A stretch of DNA of 64,000 nt from an uncultured Methanosarcinales archaeon (GTDB taxonomy: Archaea > Nanobdellota > Nanobdellia > Woesearchaeales > ARS49): NCBI GenBank assembly GCA_964508495.1, contig CAZDUA010000003.1:8867-72866 (forward strand). The letters run 5' to 3'. Positions within the stretch are counted from its first letter, which is position 1, and the number at the start of each line of letters is the position of its first letter. The position numbers and the translations under genes are program-made. Shown one piece after another: positions 16,873 through 25,577 of the stretch. The notes under the pieces are model-generated. The model was not told the DNA's origin. It searched no databases and was given only the letters and a program-made list of their open reading frames with translations.

Positions 16873-17374
16873 TTTTCTGTTTTGACGTGTAGAGGTGTGG
16901 CACGCAGTGTTCGTCTTTGTCTCTTATAGTGCTTGATATTATTCCGAACTTTTCTAGTGTTCCTGTTACTGCGCCGATTTGTACTTTTTTGCCTATGTGT
17001 TGTTTTGCTTTTTTTCTCAGGAATAGTCCTGCGACTGCGTTTGGTATGAAGTCTCTGAACGCCAGCAATATTGAGATGCCGATTATTATTACTGCTAGTG
17101 TTGCTATTATTACGAACACTATTTTTGTTAGTCCGAACTGCTGTAGTATTACCAGAAGTGTTGCCGTGTAGATTACATACTCGAGTATTGTGCCTAAAGC
17201 GTCGCTTAATGGCTTAAACCCTGCTGATACTAGTATTCTGTTGAGTTCTGCTTCTGCTAGTAGTTTTTTTGCTATTCTGCTAGCTAGTTTTGCTATTATG
17301 AATCCTACGAAGAGTGTTATTAGTGCTATGGCTATTCTTATGAGGAAGTTCTCTATTGCCATAAACCATGCCAT
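16850..17374 (-). CDS. Small-conductance mechanosensitive channel (MscS/CmpX-like) membrane protein
   Basis: Three TM segments, AFRDFIPNAVAG, then G..V.IG...G.(L)E beta domain; short, lacking the C-terminal domain. Start chosen at ATG 17374, 23 nt from a TATA box. Confidence 0.7.
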   Translation of the reverse strand: MAWFMAIENFLIRIAIALITLFVGFIIAKLASRIAKKLLAEAELNRILVSAGFKPLSDALGTILEYVIYTATLLVILQQFGLTKIVFVIIATLAVIIIGISILLAFRDFIPNAVAGLFLRKKAKQHIGKKVQIGAVTGTLEKFGIISSTIRDKDEHCVPHLYTSKQKIIRLRAD

Positions 17375-17437
17375 GTTATTGAGTTCTTGTATGCGGGTTA
17401 TAAAGTTTTTTATATGAGTGTGCAGAGAATTCTGTTT

Positions 17438-18532
17438 ATGGACCAGCATGAGAAGATTAGGGAAATAGAAGCCGCGATGTCCAAGGCGAAGTACAACAAG
17501 GCTACTGAGCATTGGTTTGGCTTGATGAAGAGCCAGATTGCCAAGCTTCGTGAGAAGCTTGAGAGGAAGTCTGCTGGCAAGGGCGGTGGTGAGGGCTGGT
17601 TTGTTAAGAAGACGGGCAATTCTACTGTTATTTTGGTTGGTTTTCCTAGTGTTGGTAAGTCCACGTTGCTGAACGCTTTGTGTGGTACTAAATCAAAGGT
17701 TGCCGCTTATGACTTTACGACTCTTGATTGTATTCCTGGAACCTTAAATTATAATAATGCTAAAATCCAGATTCTTGACGTTCCGGGCATTATTTCTGGT
17801 GCTGCTTGGGGCCGTGGCCGTGGTAAGGAAGTTCTTGCTATGGCGCGTAATGCGGACTTGGTGATGTTTGTCGTTGATGCCTTGCACCCAGAGTATTATT
17901 CTGTCTTGCAGAAAGAAGTGTATGATGTTGGGATTCGTATTGGTCAGAGGAAGCCTGAGGTCAAGATTGTTCGTAAGACTCGCGGTGGCTTGAGCATTCA
18001 TTCTACTGTTAAGCTGACTAAGGTGAGTTTTGACACTCTTGAAACAATTCTCAGGGAGTTTAATATTTCTAGTGCTGATGTTGTTGTGCGTGATGATATT
18101 GATATTGACCAGTTTATTGACGCTATTGAGGGTAATCGCAAGTATGTTCATTCTCTTGTTTGTGTTAACAAGGCGGACTTGTTGGATGATAAAGGCCGCA
18201 AATCTGTAATTGGACAGCTGCCCGAGTCTGTTTTTGTTAGTGCTGAGAATGGTGACGGCATTGAGGAGTTGAAGGAGTCAATTTTTAACTCCCTGAATTT
18301 TATCCGCGTGTTTTTGAAAGAGGTTAACCATAAGCCTGACTTGGACGAGCCTATGATTTTGACTCGTCCTGCTACTTTGAAAGCAGTGTGCGAGCACATT
18401 CATCGTGATTTTGTCAAGAAGTTCAGGTTTGCTCGTATTTGGGGCAAGTCTGCCAAGTTCCCCGGCCAGCAGTTTAGGCATGTCGAAAAAGTTTTAGAAG
18501 ACGGCGACATTGTTGAAATTCATATCAGGTGA
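17438..18532 (+). CDS. DRG-family (Rbg1) GTPase with TGS domain
   Basis: NKATEH, VGFPSVGKST, AAYDFTT, DVPGII.GA..GRGRG, NKAD, WGKSAKFPGQ. Confidence 0.93.
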   Translation: MDQHEKIREIEAAMSKAKYNKATEHWFGLMKSQIAKLREKLERKSAGKGGGEGWFVKKTGNSTVILVGFPSVGKSTLLNALCGTKSKVAAYDFTTLDCIPGTLNYNNAKIQILDVPGIISGAAWGRGRGKEVLAMARNADLVMFVVDALHPEYYSVLQKEVYDVGIRIGQRKPEVKIVRKTRGGLSIHSTVKLTKVSFDTLETILREFNISSADVVVRDDIDIDQFIDAIEGNRKYVHSLVCVNKADLLDDKGRKSVIGQLPESVFVSAENGDGIEELKESIFNSLNFIRVFLKEVNHKPDLDEPMILTRPATLKAVCEHIHRDFVKKFRFARIWGKSAKFPGQQFRHVEKVLEDGDIVEIHIR

Positions 18533-19371
18533 CTCGCGTACTCGCGTTGCCGCATTCCTTTCTTGTGCGCTAAGTGTCTCATCGCTTTGTCAAACCCGCT
18601 TCCGTATTGTGCTGCTTGTTTTGGTCTCCATGCGAGTTCTTTTGGGAGTCCTATTTCTTCTGCGATTTCTCTGAGTATTATTTTTCTGTGTTCTTGGCTT
18701 ATTTTTCTGTTTCCTGGTATTCCCATTGCCGCGATTATCAGGTCGTCATCTAAAAATGGAACTCTCACGTTTATTCCCAGTGCTTCTCCTACTGTTGCGT
18801 CTCTTTGCAGGTCTCTTTTCCACATTTCTCTTAGTCCTCTCCAGCATTCGTCATTTACGTCTTGTGCGTGTTCGTGTCTTTGGTAGCCTGCGAATATTTC
18901 TTCGCTTCCCAGCCCGCCGAAGAATATTTTTTCGTCTGCTAGTTCTGTTGCTGCTATGATGACGCTTGCTACTCCTATTGCTATGCAGTCGTCTGTTTTC
19001 AATATCTTCGCTGCTTTTCTTAATGGCGTTTCTACTTCTGCTTCTGTGTATTCTTTGTGTTTCCAGTTTAGTTTTAGTTTGTCAACCGCAATTTTTGCCG
19101 CTGCCACATCTTTGCTTCCTTTTATTCCGACTGTGTAACATACAAAGTTGTCAGTGAACTTTTTGAGCAGTGCTGCAATCAGGCAGCTGTCCACTCCTCC
19201 TGATAAGAATAGTCCGAATTTTTCTTTTGGCACTCTTTTTTCAACCGCTTTTACCAGTGCTTTCATAACTTCTTCTTTTGTGCTCGGAACGGTCCTCTTT
19301 CTAAGTTCTTCTATGTGTTTTTTCCAGTTTTCTTCTGTTGGCAGTCTTCCTGCTTCAAATTCTTCTATCAT
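18520..19371 (-). CDS. Asparagine synthase C-terminal (PP-loop) domain protein, no glutaminase domain
   Basis: LSGGVDS, GLGSEEIFAGY, DLQRD, RVPFLD, K.ILRE, RPK.AAQYGSG. Confidence 0.85.
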   Translation of the reverse strand: MIEEFEAGRLPTEENWKKHIEELRKRTVPSTKEEVMKALVKAVEKRVPKEKFGLFLSGGVDSCLIAALLKKFTDNFVCYTVGIKGSKDVAAAKIAVDKLKLNWKHKEYTEAEVETPLRKAAKILKTDDCIAIGVASVIIAATELADEKIFFGGLGSEEIFAGYQRHEHAQDVNDECWRGLREMWKRDLQRDATVGEALGINVRVPFLDDDLIIAAMGIPGNRKISQEHRKIILREIAEEIGLPKELAWRPKQAAQYGSGFDKAMRHLAHKKGMRQREYASHLI

Positions 19372-19424
19372 ATTGTATGCTTTGCATGCAAAGTTTTAAA
19401 AATCTTCTCGAGAGGAATGCTATT

Positions 19425-19817
19425 ATGATGTTTCGCGCTTTGGGTCATCCTAACATTAAGGCTACTCATAAGAATACGATCGAGTTCACTAAAGAGGACT
19501 ACTTAACCCCAGAAGGCGACTGTATTGTTGGCGTTAAGGCTGATTTTGATGTTTCTGAACTGAAAAAGTTTGTCAAAAAGCATAAGCACGTTAAGATTAC
19601 CATCAAAACTGGCGGGTTGAAAGAAATTATCACTGCAAAAACCAACCCTGACTTTAGCGACGACCACGAACTCGTCATCCGTCTTGGCGAGCATGCTTCT
19701 CCGCGTACTTTTGCAGTTAGAGCTGACAAAGCCGCTAAACACTTAAACCGCGAGCTAGTCAAAGCATTGCAGATGGGTAGTCCGTTCGAGGTGCAAATTG
19801 AAGAAGCAGTTGAGTAA
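19425..19817 (+). CDS. DUF371 family protein
   Basis: GHPNI.ATH..TIEFTKE..LT..GDCI.GV.AD, RTF.V.ADKAA..L. Confidence 0.88.
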   Translation: MMFRALGHPNIKATHKNTIEFTKEDYLTPEGDCIVGVKADFDVSELKKFVKKHKHVKITIKTGGLKEIITAKTNPDFSDDHELVIRLGEHASPRTFAVRADKAAKHLNRELVKALQMGSPFEVQIEEAVE

Positions 19818-20268
19818 GTCGGATGTTGAGAAGATTAACGCGGAGATTCAGCAGCAATTTGAGGTTCCTGACTTTTTTACTAAGAAGGACCGTCTTACAT
19901 TGGCTGACATTAATCATCAATTGTACATAGTGCAGGACGATTTAATCTGTTTCTTCTATATCGAAGGCAAGCTTGTCCCAACATTAAAATTATTGTTGCA
20001 GCGTCCTTTCCTCAAGCAAGTTATAGTTGACATGGGTGCCGTAAAGTTTGTTTCTTCCGGCGCTGATGTCATGCGTCCCGGTATTGTTGAGTTTGATAAA
20101 TCAATTAAGAAGGACGAGCTTGTTGTCGTGGTTGACCAGACTCATAAGAAGCCTTTGTGTGTTGCTCGGGCTTTATTTTCGGGTACCGACCTGCTTGGGA
20201 TGAGTCATGGTAAGGTTTTGAAGTCTTTGCACTTTGTTGGCGATGAAATTTGGCAGCTTGTTCCTTGA
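19798..20268 (+). CDS. PUA-domain RNA-binding protein (MCT-1/Tma20-like)
   Basis: PTL.LL, VDMGAVKFV.SGADVMRPGI, G..L.SLHFVGD.IW. Confidence 0.9.
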   Translation: MKKQLSKSDVEKINAEIQQQFEVPDFFTKKDRLTLADINHQLYIVQDDLICFFYIEGKLVPTLKLLLQRPFLKQVIVDMGAVKFVSSGADVMRPGIVEFDKSIKKDELVVVVDQTHKKPLCVARALFSGTDLLGMSHGKVLKSLHFVGDEIWQLVP

Positions 20269-21049
20269 TTGTTCTTGCGATATCTTCCATTTCCGGCCTG
20301 TTTTTTGGGTCTTCGCTTAGCCCAAAGTAAATGTGTCCTCCGAACTGGCCGTGCGCGTTAAACTCTGTTGCGCTATATCGTGGCTTGTCGTATGCTATCC
20401 AGTCGTCTCCGTCCGATTCGTACATTCCGAATGGTTCTTGGTTGAAGAGCAGTTGGTATGCGAGGAGGCTGTATTGGAATACGTCTGTGCGCGTGCTGAA
20501 TTCACCTTTTTGCCAGTATTCTGGCGCGAGTGATGATGGTGTGCCGACAACAAGTCCTTTTTCGAAGTAAGGGTGGTCTTCTTTTATTGGTCTTGATGCG
20601 TCAAAGTCTATTAGTTTTGTTGTTCCATTTAGAAGCACGTTCTCTCTTTTCACGTCCATGTGTATAACGCCTTCTTTGTGGCAGTGTAATATTGCTTGTG
20701 CCAGCTGGTCAAGGACTGTTAGTTTTTTTTCTGTTGGTAGTTCTTTCTGTTCTCTTAGATTTCTCCCGCTGTATTTTGTTACGATGTATAGTTTTCCGTC
20801 ATGTCTCATTAGTTCTTTTAATTGCACGACGTGCGGGTGTCTGCACTTGTGTTGCAGTTCTGCTTCGTATAATAGGAGTTGTTCTCCGAGGTCATTGTCT
20901 TTGCGGTGTGGTCTTGATTTTTTAATTACGACTTGCTCTCCTGTTTTTGCGTCTGTCGCAAGAAATATGGCTTTTTTTGGGTGCAAGCGCACGTTAATAG
21001 CATATGGTCCTATTCTTGCTGGCATTTGTTCAACTTCGTCTAGTTCCAT
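20105..21049 (-). CDS. Hanks-type Ser/Thr protein kinase, atypical
   Basis: VVIK, E in helix C, HPHVV, HMDVKRENVL, DFD (for DFG), GT...LAPE, DVF, RP; the last about 54 codons overlap the PUA gene antisense. Confidence 0.8.
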   Translation of the reverse strand: MELDEVEQMPARIGPYAINVRLHPKKAIFLATDAKTGEQVVIKKSRPHRKDNDLGEQLLLYEAELQHKCRHPHVVQLKELMRHDGKLYIVTKYSGRNLREQKELPTEKKLTVLDQLAQAILHCHKEGVIHMDVKRENVLLNGTTKLIDFDASRPIKEDHPYFEKGLVVGTPSSLAPEYWQKGEFSTRTDVFQYSLLAYQLLFNQEPFGMYESDGDDWIAYDKPRYSATEFNAHGQFGGHIYFGLSEDPKNRPEMEDIARTIKEQAAKFHRQQSAKTSKPYHDSSQAGRYPKIKPEQHTKASYESGQPRQQARPS

Positions 21050-21056
21050 TTTTTTT

Positions 21057-22067
21057 TTACCGTGCTTCCACAAGCTCTGGGGCTGGTTTGAAGAATTCTG
21101 TTACCAATGCGTATGGAACTGCGCTCTTCCCGTTTCTTACTATTTGTTCTGCAAATCTTGTTACATAGAGTGCGAATGGTATTGAACCGTCATAGTTTGC
21201 CCGTAGGTTTTTCAGCGTGAATTCCGTTGTTCCTTCGCTTTTGCTTATTTTCCAGTCTTCTGGTCCTTGAAGTAGTGGTCCCACAAAGTAATCTGGCGGG
21301 GTTTTTCCTGTGAGTTCTGTTATCCTTCTGACTTTTTCAATTTTTGAAAGTCCGTTCTTTCCGTGTGGTTCAAAATAATCTCCTCCAAATATGTGTATGT
21401 CTGCTTTTGGCTGGAGCATTACGTCTCTGATCGGGTCTATGAAGTAGTGGACTCCGAGCTCTTCTTTCTTGTCGTGGACGTTGATGACTTTCCACTGGCC
21501 GTTTTCTTCGCATTTTTCATTTCTGCATCTTATTTTTAGTCGGTCTTTTCCTAGATAGATTGCTTGTGATCTTGGTGTGTGATTGCAGCATGCGCAAACA
21601 GGATGTATTGGCACTCTTTTGTCTCCAAGTGCGTATTCTCCATCAAATATTTCTCTTAGTGCTGGCGTGTCTGCAATTACTCTTGCCAGCCCTGTTCTGT
21701 ACTGGTGTGTTGATTGTACGTTTGATAGTCTGTCTATTCTGAATGGAACGCTTAATGTTTGGGACAGTTCAGTTGTGAACGCTCTTAGTTCTGTTTCTGT
21801 TTTTTGCGCTTGCGTCATGTTTCCAACTGGCTGGTATTTGAAGTATAATGCTGATGCTTGTTGTGTTCCTCTTTTGATTGTCGGCATGTCTATGTCGCAT
21901 ACTGTTAGGTGTACTTCTGCTTCTTTTTGTTGCGCGAGAATTGCTGCTATTGCTATTGTCGTAATGTTTCCTAGGTGCAGGGTTCCTGATGGCCTGACTC
22001 CTACTGCTACGCTTTGCGCTGGTCTTGTTAGTATTGAGTCAAGGTCGTTTGTTATCACTGTCATCAC
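21057..22067 (-). CDS. Class I lysyl-tRNA synthetase catalytic-domain paralogue (no anticodon-binding domain)
   Basis: GVRPSGTLHLGN (HIGH), P.C..C zinc insert, FGGDY, KISKS.G (KMSKS); ends shortly after KMSKS at 336 aa. Confidence 0.75.
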   Translation of the reverse strand: MMTVITNDLDSILTRPAQSVAVGVRPSGTLHLGNITTIAIAAILAQQKEAEVHLTVCDIDMPTIKRGTQQASALYFKYQPVGNMTQAQKTETELRAFTTELSQTLSVPFRIDRLSNVQSTHQYRTGLARVIADTPALREIFDGEYALGDKRVPIHPVCACCNHTPRSQAIYLGKDRLKIRCRNEKCEENGQWKVINVHDKKEELGVHYFIDPIRDVMLQPKADIHIFGGDYFEPHGKNGLSKIEKVRRITELTGKTPPDYFVGPLLQGPEDWKISKSEGTTEFTLKNLRANYDGSIPFALYVTRFAEQIVRNGKSAVPYALVTEFFKPAPELVEAR

Positions 22068-22149
22068 TCACTATTCCTTATATTTTATATAAAACTTATA
22101 GAGAAATGGTTATTTCGAGCTGGTTATTTATAAACGTTTGTATGCTTGA

Positions 22150-22611
22150 CTAGTGCATTTCTAGAAGTCGTCTGGCTTTTGGCACGAAGTTTAGTATTGT
22201 TCCTTCTTTGTATTTGCCTGAGCCTACATAGTCATTTTCGTACTTTAATATCACAAACCCTTCATAGCTGCCTGCTACTGTAAGGTCTTGTCCTTGGAAC
22301 CATTGTTTCAGTTGTTCTCTGTTTAACTCGTACACATTTTTGGTCGCTGTTGGTCCTATTATTTGTGATCCTTCTATGCTTAGTCTTAATTGTCCGTGTT
22401 TGAGTTCTGCTATGTACAGTCCCAAGCTGTTAATGCGTATTTTCTTCATATCTATCTTCTCAACGTCTCTTGTTATTACGTAGATTTTTTCTTTGCCGTG
22501 TACGAATGCGACTTTTTCAAATAGTTCTGGCACGTTTCCGTACAAGTTTTCTATTTGTCTGAAGAAGTGTTTTAATTCCCTGCTTCCCATGAAATCGTAG
22601 TTCTCTTTCAT
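22150..22611 (-). CDS. RsmF/NOL1 C-terminal PUA-like domain protein (stand-alone)
   Basis: GLYIA, RLSIEGSQIIG, W.G.D, G.G.YK...ILNFVPK.RR. Confidence 0.75.
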   Translation of the reverse strand: MKENYDFMGSRELKHFFRQIENLYGNVPELFEKVAFVHGKEKIYVITRDVEKIDMKKIRINSLGLYIAELKHGQLRLSIEGSQIIGPTATKNVYELNREQLKQWFQGQDLTVAGSYEGFVILKYENDYVGSGKYKEGTILNFVPKARRLLEMH

Positions 22612-22613
22612 AA

Positions 22614-24362
22614 TTAGATGCCCCACATGGGGTTTCCTTTTCTCATTATTTCTGCAATCTCTTTCAATACGTTCTTCTCATCTTCGGATAAATGTTCTTT
22701 GTGTACTTTATATTGTCTGAAGTGTTCTTCTGGGATTGCGCTGTAAAGAATGTCTCCTTCGTTGAGTTGTCTTCCCATTATTACTCCGGGCATGCTTGCT
22801 GCTGCTTGTTTTCCCTTTTCCAACTTATCAACGTTTTCTTGTTCTACTTGCAGTCCTTTTACGTTTGTTATTTCTTTTCCGTCTGCTTTCATTAGTGGCG
22901 TGTTTGGCTTCAGCATTCCTGCGATTACATACACTCCTGCTACTGCTGGGTTGCTTTGTCTGAACACGTAGCCTTTGAGCAGTTCAATCTTGCACGGCCT
23001 GACGAGCACGTCTAGTTTTGATAATTCAATATTTTTTTGTTGCGTTTGTTTCCATGCGTCATACTCTTCTATCAATCTGTAAATAACATCATTTACTAGT
23101 ACGTGCGCGCTTGTTGGGAAGTCTGGTTTTGGTATGTTGAATCCGAGTATTACTCCGTGCAGTGGGTCTGTTGCTAGTATTGCTTCTGCGTCTGAAATGT
23201 CCTTTTTAGTTATCGGCCCTATTCCGCTTTTTCTGACGGGGATTCCTCTTCCTCGTAGAAGTGTTATCAGCGCTTCCAGGCTTCCTAGTGCGTCTGCTTT
23301 GATTATTATGCCGTCGTCGTCTGTTTCTATTAATACTTCGTGCATTTCTTTGTGCAGTTCTTCCTTTATCTTTTCAATGTCTCCGACTGCGCTCATTATT
23401 GGCGCTCCGGCTATTGCTTGTTCTGCTCCGATTGCTACTATTCTTACTCCTGTTGCCGCGCTGACTTCTTTTGTTGATTTGAACTTCGCTTTTTTTTCTC
23501 GCATCTCGACATTAGGCTCTGGTTGGAATAGTGCTTTGACTTTGGCTTGTATTGGTTGGTCTAGTGTTCCTACAAGAATTTGGTCATTCACTCTTAAAGT
23601 GCCGTCGTATAGTATCACATCAAGGACCGTGCCAAGTCCTTTTTGTTCTTTGACTTCCATTATTGTTCCTTTGGCCGGTCCTTTTTCTTCTATCATCAGG
23701 TTTTGTTCTAGATATTTTTGTGCTAGTCCTGTTAACAGCATCAGTAGTTCTGGTATTCCTTCTCCTGTTTTCGCGCTTACTGGCACTAGCGCGGCTGTTT
23801 TGGTGTAATCGCTTACTCTGTCAAACCTGTCTGCTTGTATTCCCAGTTCGAATACTTGTGCGACCAGTTCGTACAGTTTTATTTCAAATTTTCTTTGCGT
23901 TTCCGCGCTTTGTAAAGAAAGGTTTTGCAGGAGTGTTCCTGGTTTTTGTCTCCATCCTTCTGTTATGTCTATTTTGTTTGCCGCAATGATAAACGGTGTT
24001 TTGGAATGTTTCAATATCTCTATGCTTTCTTTTGTTTGTGGCATTAATCCTTCATTTATATCTACAACAAGTATTGCTATGTCTGCCAGGTTGCCTCCTC
24101 TTTTTCTCAAATTGATGAATGCCGCGTGTCCTGGAGTATCTATAAATAGAAGGCCTGGGATTGTCAATGTCAGTTTTAGCTGTTCAAGTAATTTTCCGCA
24201 GATTTGTTTCACTGTCTGCAGTGGCAGTATGCTCGCGCCGATTGCCTGCGTAATGCCGCCTGCCTCTCGTGCAGCTATGCCCGTACCGCGAATTTTGTCC
24301 AAAAGCGATGTTTTTCCGTGGTCCACGTGGCCCATTATGGCCACTATTGGCTGTCTTATCAT
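22614..24362 (-). CDS. infB: Translation initiation factor aIF5B (IF-2)
   Basis: RQPIV..MGHVDHGKT, EAGGITQ.IGA, DTPGH, NKID, KADALGSLEA. Confidence 0.97.
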   Translation of the reverse strand: MIRQPIVAIMGHVDHGKTSLLDKIRGTGIAAREAGGITQAIGASILPLQTVKQICGKLLEQLKLTLTIPGLLFIDTPGHAAFINLRKRGGNLADIAILVVDINEGLMPQTKESIEILKHSKTPFIIAANKIDITEGWRQKPGTLLQNLSLQSAETQRKFEIKLYELVAQVFELGIQADRFDRVSDYTKTAALVPVSAKTGEGIPELLMLLTGLAQKYLEQNLMIEEKGPAKGTIMEVKEQKGLGTVLDVILYDGTLRVNDQILVGTLDQPIQAKVKALFQPEPNVEMREKKAKFKSTKEVSAATGVRIVAIGAEQAIAGAPIMSAVGDIEKIKEELHKEMHEVLIETDDDGIIIKADALGSLEALITLLRGRGIPVRKSGIGPITKKDISDAEAILATDPLHGVILGFNIPKPDFPTSAHVLVNDVIYRLIEEYDAWKQTQQKNIELSKLDVLVRPCKIELLKGYVFRQSNPAVAGVYVIAGMLKPNTPLMKADGKEITNVKGLQVEQENVDKLEKGKQAAASMPGVIMGRQLNEGDILYSAIPEEHFRQYKVHKEHLSEDEKNVLKEIAEIMRKGNPMWGI

Positions 24363-24410
24363 ATTTCGTGTTCTTATATGGCCCATTAAAAAGCTTTTGA
24401 GAGTAAAAGT

Positions 24411-24500
24411 GTAACAACCTTTTGTAACACCTATTTGTTACTTCCCAATGCTAAAAGTGCGAAACCTTTAAATATAAGTTATACTTCGAGAGTGGTAACA
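24411..24500 (+). promoter_or_regulatory. Repeated GTAACA/TGTTAC boxes around a TTTAAATA promoter
   Basis: GTAACA at 24411, 24424 and 24495; TGTTAC at 24436 (palindrome GTAACA-N6-TGTTAC, 24424-24441); TATA at 24467-24474. Confidence 0.5.
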
Positions 24501-24538
24501 CTATCAAATTGATATATTTTCGTCGGGGGGAATACAGA

Positions 24539-25504
24539 ATGAAAGCATTAACGACAATTTTGTTCAGCGTTTTGTTTATGTTAGCAGCAGTCTCTGTTGT
24601 TGCACAAAACCAAAACCGCGCAGTTTCGATATCTATCGAGAACAGCGAAATAGACAACACCGAAATCTTGCCTTTTGGCATTAACCAATTGGACGTCGAG
24701 CGCGATCAGGACTTTACCTTGAAGCTCGAATTGTTCGCATGGAATGATGCTAAAGATGTTGAAATCCGTGCATTTATTTCTGGATACGAATACAATGACG
24801 TGAATTCAATCAGCGACCGAATCGGTCCATTTGACTTCGAAGAAAACGTCACATATGTCAAAAAGTTAACATTGACCCTCCCAGACGATGTTGACGTTGA
24901 TGACTACCAGCTTCGTGTTATAATCTCAGACAGAAACGGCGATGAATTGATCGAAAACTACCAATTGAAAGTTGATACTAAGAGGCACGTAGTTAAGATC
25001 GAAGACGTTACTTTGAGCCCAGGCAGTGCAGTAAAAGCAGGCCAGGCATTGCTCGCTACTGTTCGCTTGGAAAACCAAGGACAGAAGGACGAGAACGATG
25101 TCAAGGTTGTTGTAAGCATTCCAGCTTTGGGTGTTTCAGGCACTGATTACATTGAAGAGATAGAAGGCAGTGAGGAAGAGGAAACAGAAGAAATCTTCCT
25201 TAGATTGCCTAAGTGCGCAGAAGCCGGCTTATACGAAGCAACTGTTGATGTATGGTTCAACGACGGCCACAGCAAGGTTAGCAGCTCAACTAAAATCACA
25301 GTCCTCGAGAATGAGGCTTGCATAGTTGAACCAGCACCTGTTGTTGTAGTTCAGCCTGCAGTCAATCAGACTATGACAGAAGCTCCAGCTGAGTCAGCTG
25401 GCAAAGTGCGTGCGGCTTTGGAGATAATCCTCCTTGTGCTTGTTGCACTTTTGGTCATTGTTGGTTTGATAATCGGCTTCACCCGAATGCGCGGCGAAGA
25501 GTAA
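24539..25504 (+). CDS. Secreted, C-terminally anchored Ig-like/CARDB-like surface protein (S-layer-associated candidate)
   Basis: Signal peptide, two beta-sandwich-like repeats (V.AG...ATVRLEN.G), acidic composition, Pro/Val linker, C-terminal TM; G-rich SD-like run at 24525-24530. Confidence 0.7.
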   Translation: MKALTTILFSVLFMLAAVSVVAQNQNRAVSISIENSEIDNTEILPFGINQLDVERDQDFTLKLELFAWNDAKDVEIRAFISGYEYNDVNSISDRIGPFDFEENVTYVKKLTLTLPDDVDVDDYQLRVIISDRNGDELIENYQLKVDTKRHVVKIEDVTLSPGSAVKAGQALLATVRLENQGQKDENDVKVVVSIPALGVSGTDYIEEIEGSEEEETEEIFLRLPKCAEAGLYEATVDVWFNDGHSKVSSSTKITVLENEACIVEPAPVVVVQPAVNQTMTEAPAESAGKVRAALEIILLVLVALLVIVGLIIGFTRMRGEE

Positions 25505-25577
25505 TTTTTTATTTTTTCTTAATATTTTTCTTCTTTAATGCAAAACGTTTTTAAACACCTTAAGTTCTTTTCTCGTC

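Noticed and set aside
21049..21058. T10 run as a programmed frameshift or phase-variation site fusing the aaRS paralogue to the kinase
   Set aside because: On the coding strand the run starts within the TAA stop and ends at the kinase ATG, so slippage would not create a fusion.
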